NCBI GenBank assembly: GCA_937900305.1
Contig: CALCCV010000214.1
Span: forward strand, 1-40,389
Direction of reading: 5' to 3'
Length of the DNA stretch: 40,389 bases
From: an uncultured Pseudobdellovibrionaceae bacterium
GTDB lineage: Bacteria > Bdellovibrionota > Bdellovibrionia > Bdellovibrionales > Bdellovibrionaceae
The notes under the pieces were generated by a model. That model did not search any database. It was not told the origin of the DNA and saw only the letters and a list, made by a program, of their open reading frames with translations. The translations under genes and the position numbers were made by a program. This document shows, in pieces, positions 39,120-40,389 of this stretch (within the stretch, counting starts at the first letter, position 1; the number at the start of each line of letters is the position of its first letter).

Positions 39120-40389
39120 TCAGACGTTGGTGCGTTGGAGACGTTTCTGCTCGCGTTCGACTTGCGCCAAGTAGGCCATCTTTTCTTCGAGCCATTGGTC
39201 TGCGGACCACGAGAGAGTTTCACGGAAGATCTTCTCGAGACTGTCGAGCTCCTTCACGCCGTGATCTTGGTGGGAAAGAAACGCAGGGACCCGGCGAGTG
39301 AGGAAGTCAGAGAGATGCAGGCACATGGTGTGGCGAAGTGCATGGATTGCTTCGAGCTGCCAATAATTTGCTTCGGGAAACTCTTGGATGAGCGCTTTGG
39401 CCTCAAAACCGTGTCGCTCGGCGAGCGTTTGTAGCTCTTGGGGCGAAAGGGATGCAGACCAACCCGCAGCAGAATTTTTAGCGTCGGTGTAAAGATCTTC
39501 TGTCAGCAGTGGGTTGAGCGGTTGGTAGGTATCGGTTCGCCAGGCTCGCGCCTGCAGCTCGAGAGGCATCTTGCGCAAGATCGAATGGACAATTTCTTCG
39601 GCCATCTTTCGATACGTCGTGTACTTTCCGCCCGCAACGACGGTCAGTCGCGGATGGGGGTGTAAGATCGTGTGTTCGCGGCTGGTTTTACCTTCGCTGC
39701 TAGAGTTGTCTTTAACCAAAGGTCTTACACCCGCATAAGTGGCGACGATATCAGTAGTTTCTAGCTTAGCGTTGGGAAAGTATTCATAGGCGACTTTCAG
39801 CAAATAGGAGATGTCTTCGGCATCGGTGTTCACCTGAGATGGAGACTTTGGATAGTCTGTATCTGTAGTGCCGATGATCGTCATTTCATGTCGGGGAATT
39901 GCAAAGACGATTCTCTCTTTTTCACTCATCACGATGGCGGAACTCAGGGGGAGCCGTTCGCGCAAGAAAGTGAGATGAACGCCTTTTGTTGGTCGAAGGA
40001 TGGGTTTCCATTCGGGCAGCAAGACTCTTAGCGATTCGTCGGTCCACGGACCTAAGGCAGAAACGACTTGATTTGCTCGAACTTCAAAAGTCTTTCCGGA
40101 TTGAGTGTCAGTCAGTAGCGCCGTTGCGTTGTTCTGGTCAGCTTTATCAAGATTTACCTTTGAGACATGGCAATAATTGACGATCTTGGCGCCAAAAGCG
40201 TGGGCCGACCGCAATGTTTCAAGAACCAGTCGATCATCGTCCATGTAGGCATCATAGTAGGTGTAAGAACCCTTCAGCTTTTCAGATCGAAGAATGGGAT
40301 TAGCCACCATCGTTTCGTCAGCAGATAGGCGCTGATGAAGTTCGGGCGCTTGAAATAGAGAGAGCAAGTCATACAGCCACATTCCAATG
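39120..40389 (-). CDS. glpD: FAD-dependent glycerol-3-phosphate dehydrogenase (N-terminus beyond window edge)
   Basis: The frame stays open through position 40389. Matching segments: YYDAYMDDDRLVLE, TYAGVRPL, GGKYTTYRKMAEE and a GlpD-type C-terminal helical domain. Confidence 0.88.
   Translation of the reverse strand, partial: IGMWLYDLLSLFQAPELHQRLSADETMVANPILRSEKLKGSYTYYDAYMDDDRLVLETLRSAHAFGAKIVNYCHVSKVNLDKADQNNATALLTDTQSGKTFEVRANQVVSALGPWTDESLRVLLPEWKPILRPTKGVHLTFLRERLPLSSAIVMSEKERIVFAIPRHEMTIIGTTDTDYPKSPSQVNTDAEDISYLLKVAYEYFPNAKLETTDIVATYAGVRPLVKDNSSSEGKTSREHTILHPHPRLTVVAGGKYTTYRKMAEEIVHSILRKMPLELQARAWRTDTYQPLNPLLTEDLYTDAKNSAAGWSASLSPQELQTLAERHGFEAKALIQEFPEANYWQLEAIHALRHTMCLHLSDFLTRRVPAFLSHQDHGVKELDSLEKIFRETLSWSADQWLEEKMAYLAQVEREQKRLQRTNV

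Overview
This window looks like core chromosome from a Gram-negative bacterium. The many lipoproteins, collagen-like exported proteins and a prkA-yeaH-spoVR module resemble Bdellovibrio-like or deltaproteobacterial genomes, but that taxon call is inference only. I found no transposase, integrase, CRISPR array, rRNA or prophage genes.

Left to right:
- A tightly packed ung-aroB-aroA-(aroK/aroD/aroE fusion)-aroC string.
- A LysR regulator divergent from a decayed yceI plus a DOPA-dioxygenase-like gene.
- About 5 kb of poorly characterised exported-protein genes ending at a tRNA-Met(CAT).
- The macromolecular-synthesis operon rpsU-yqeY-dnaG-rpoD on the minus strand, divergent from tadA.
- An OmpR-type response regulator.
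- prkA-yeaH-spoVR-yciH, preceded by two lipoprotein genes.
- phaR.
- A translationally coupled LpoB-like / TPR-like lipoprotein pair.
- A short RadC/JAB gene and a small beta-barrel outer-membrane protein gene.
- A minus-strand string: mreB, sigma-like, anti-sigma-like, sensor kinase, membrane protein.
- An acidic lipoprotein gene and a truncated glpD.

The most interesting observations:
1. The shikimate genes reproduce the domain order of the eukaryotic pentafunctional AROM protein, and three of the five activities are already fused in one polypeptide.
2. An mreB paralog has no mreCD. It overlaps an ECF-like sigma gene with a degenerate region 2, followed by an anti-sigma-like gene and an orphan kinase. 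This MreB also has Gly where the phosphate-2 motif normally has Asp or Glu.
3. A modular collagen-like lipoprotein sits in the accessory block.

Many genes use TTG or GTG starts, so several first codons in the ORF track were moved to better-supported internal starts. All family assignments come from motif recognition by eye; no database search was run.
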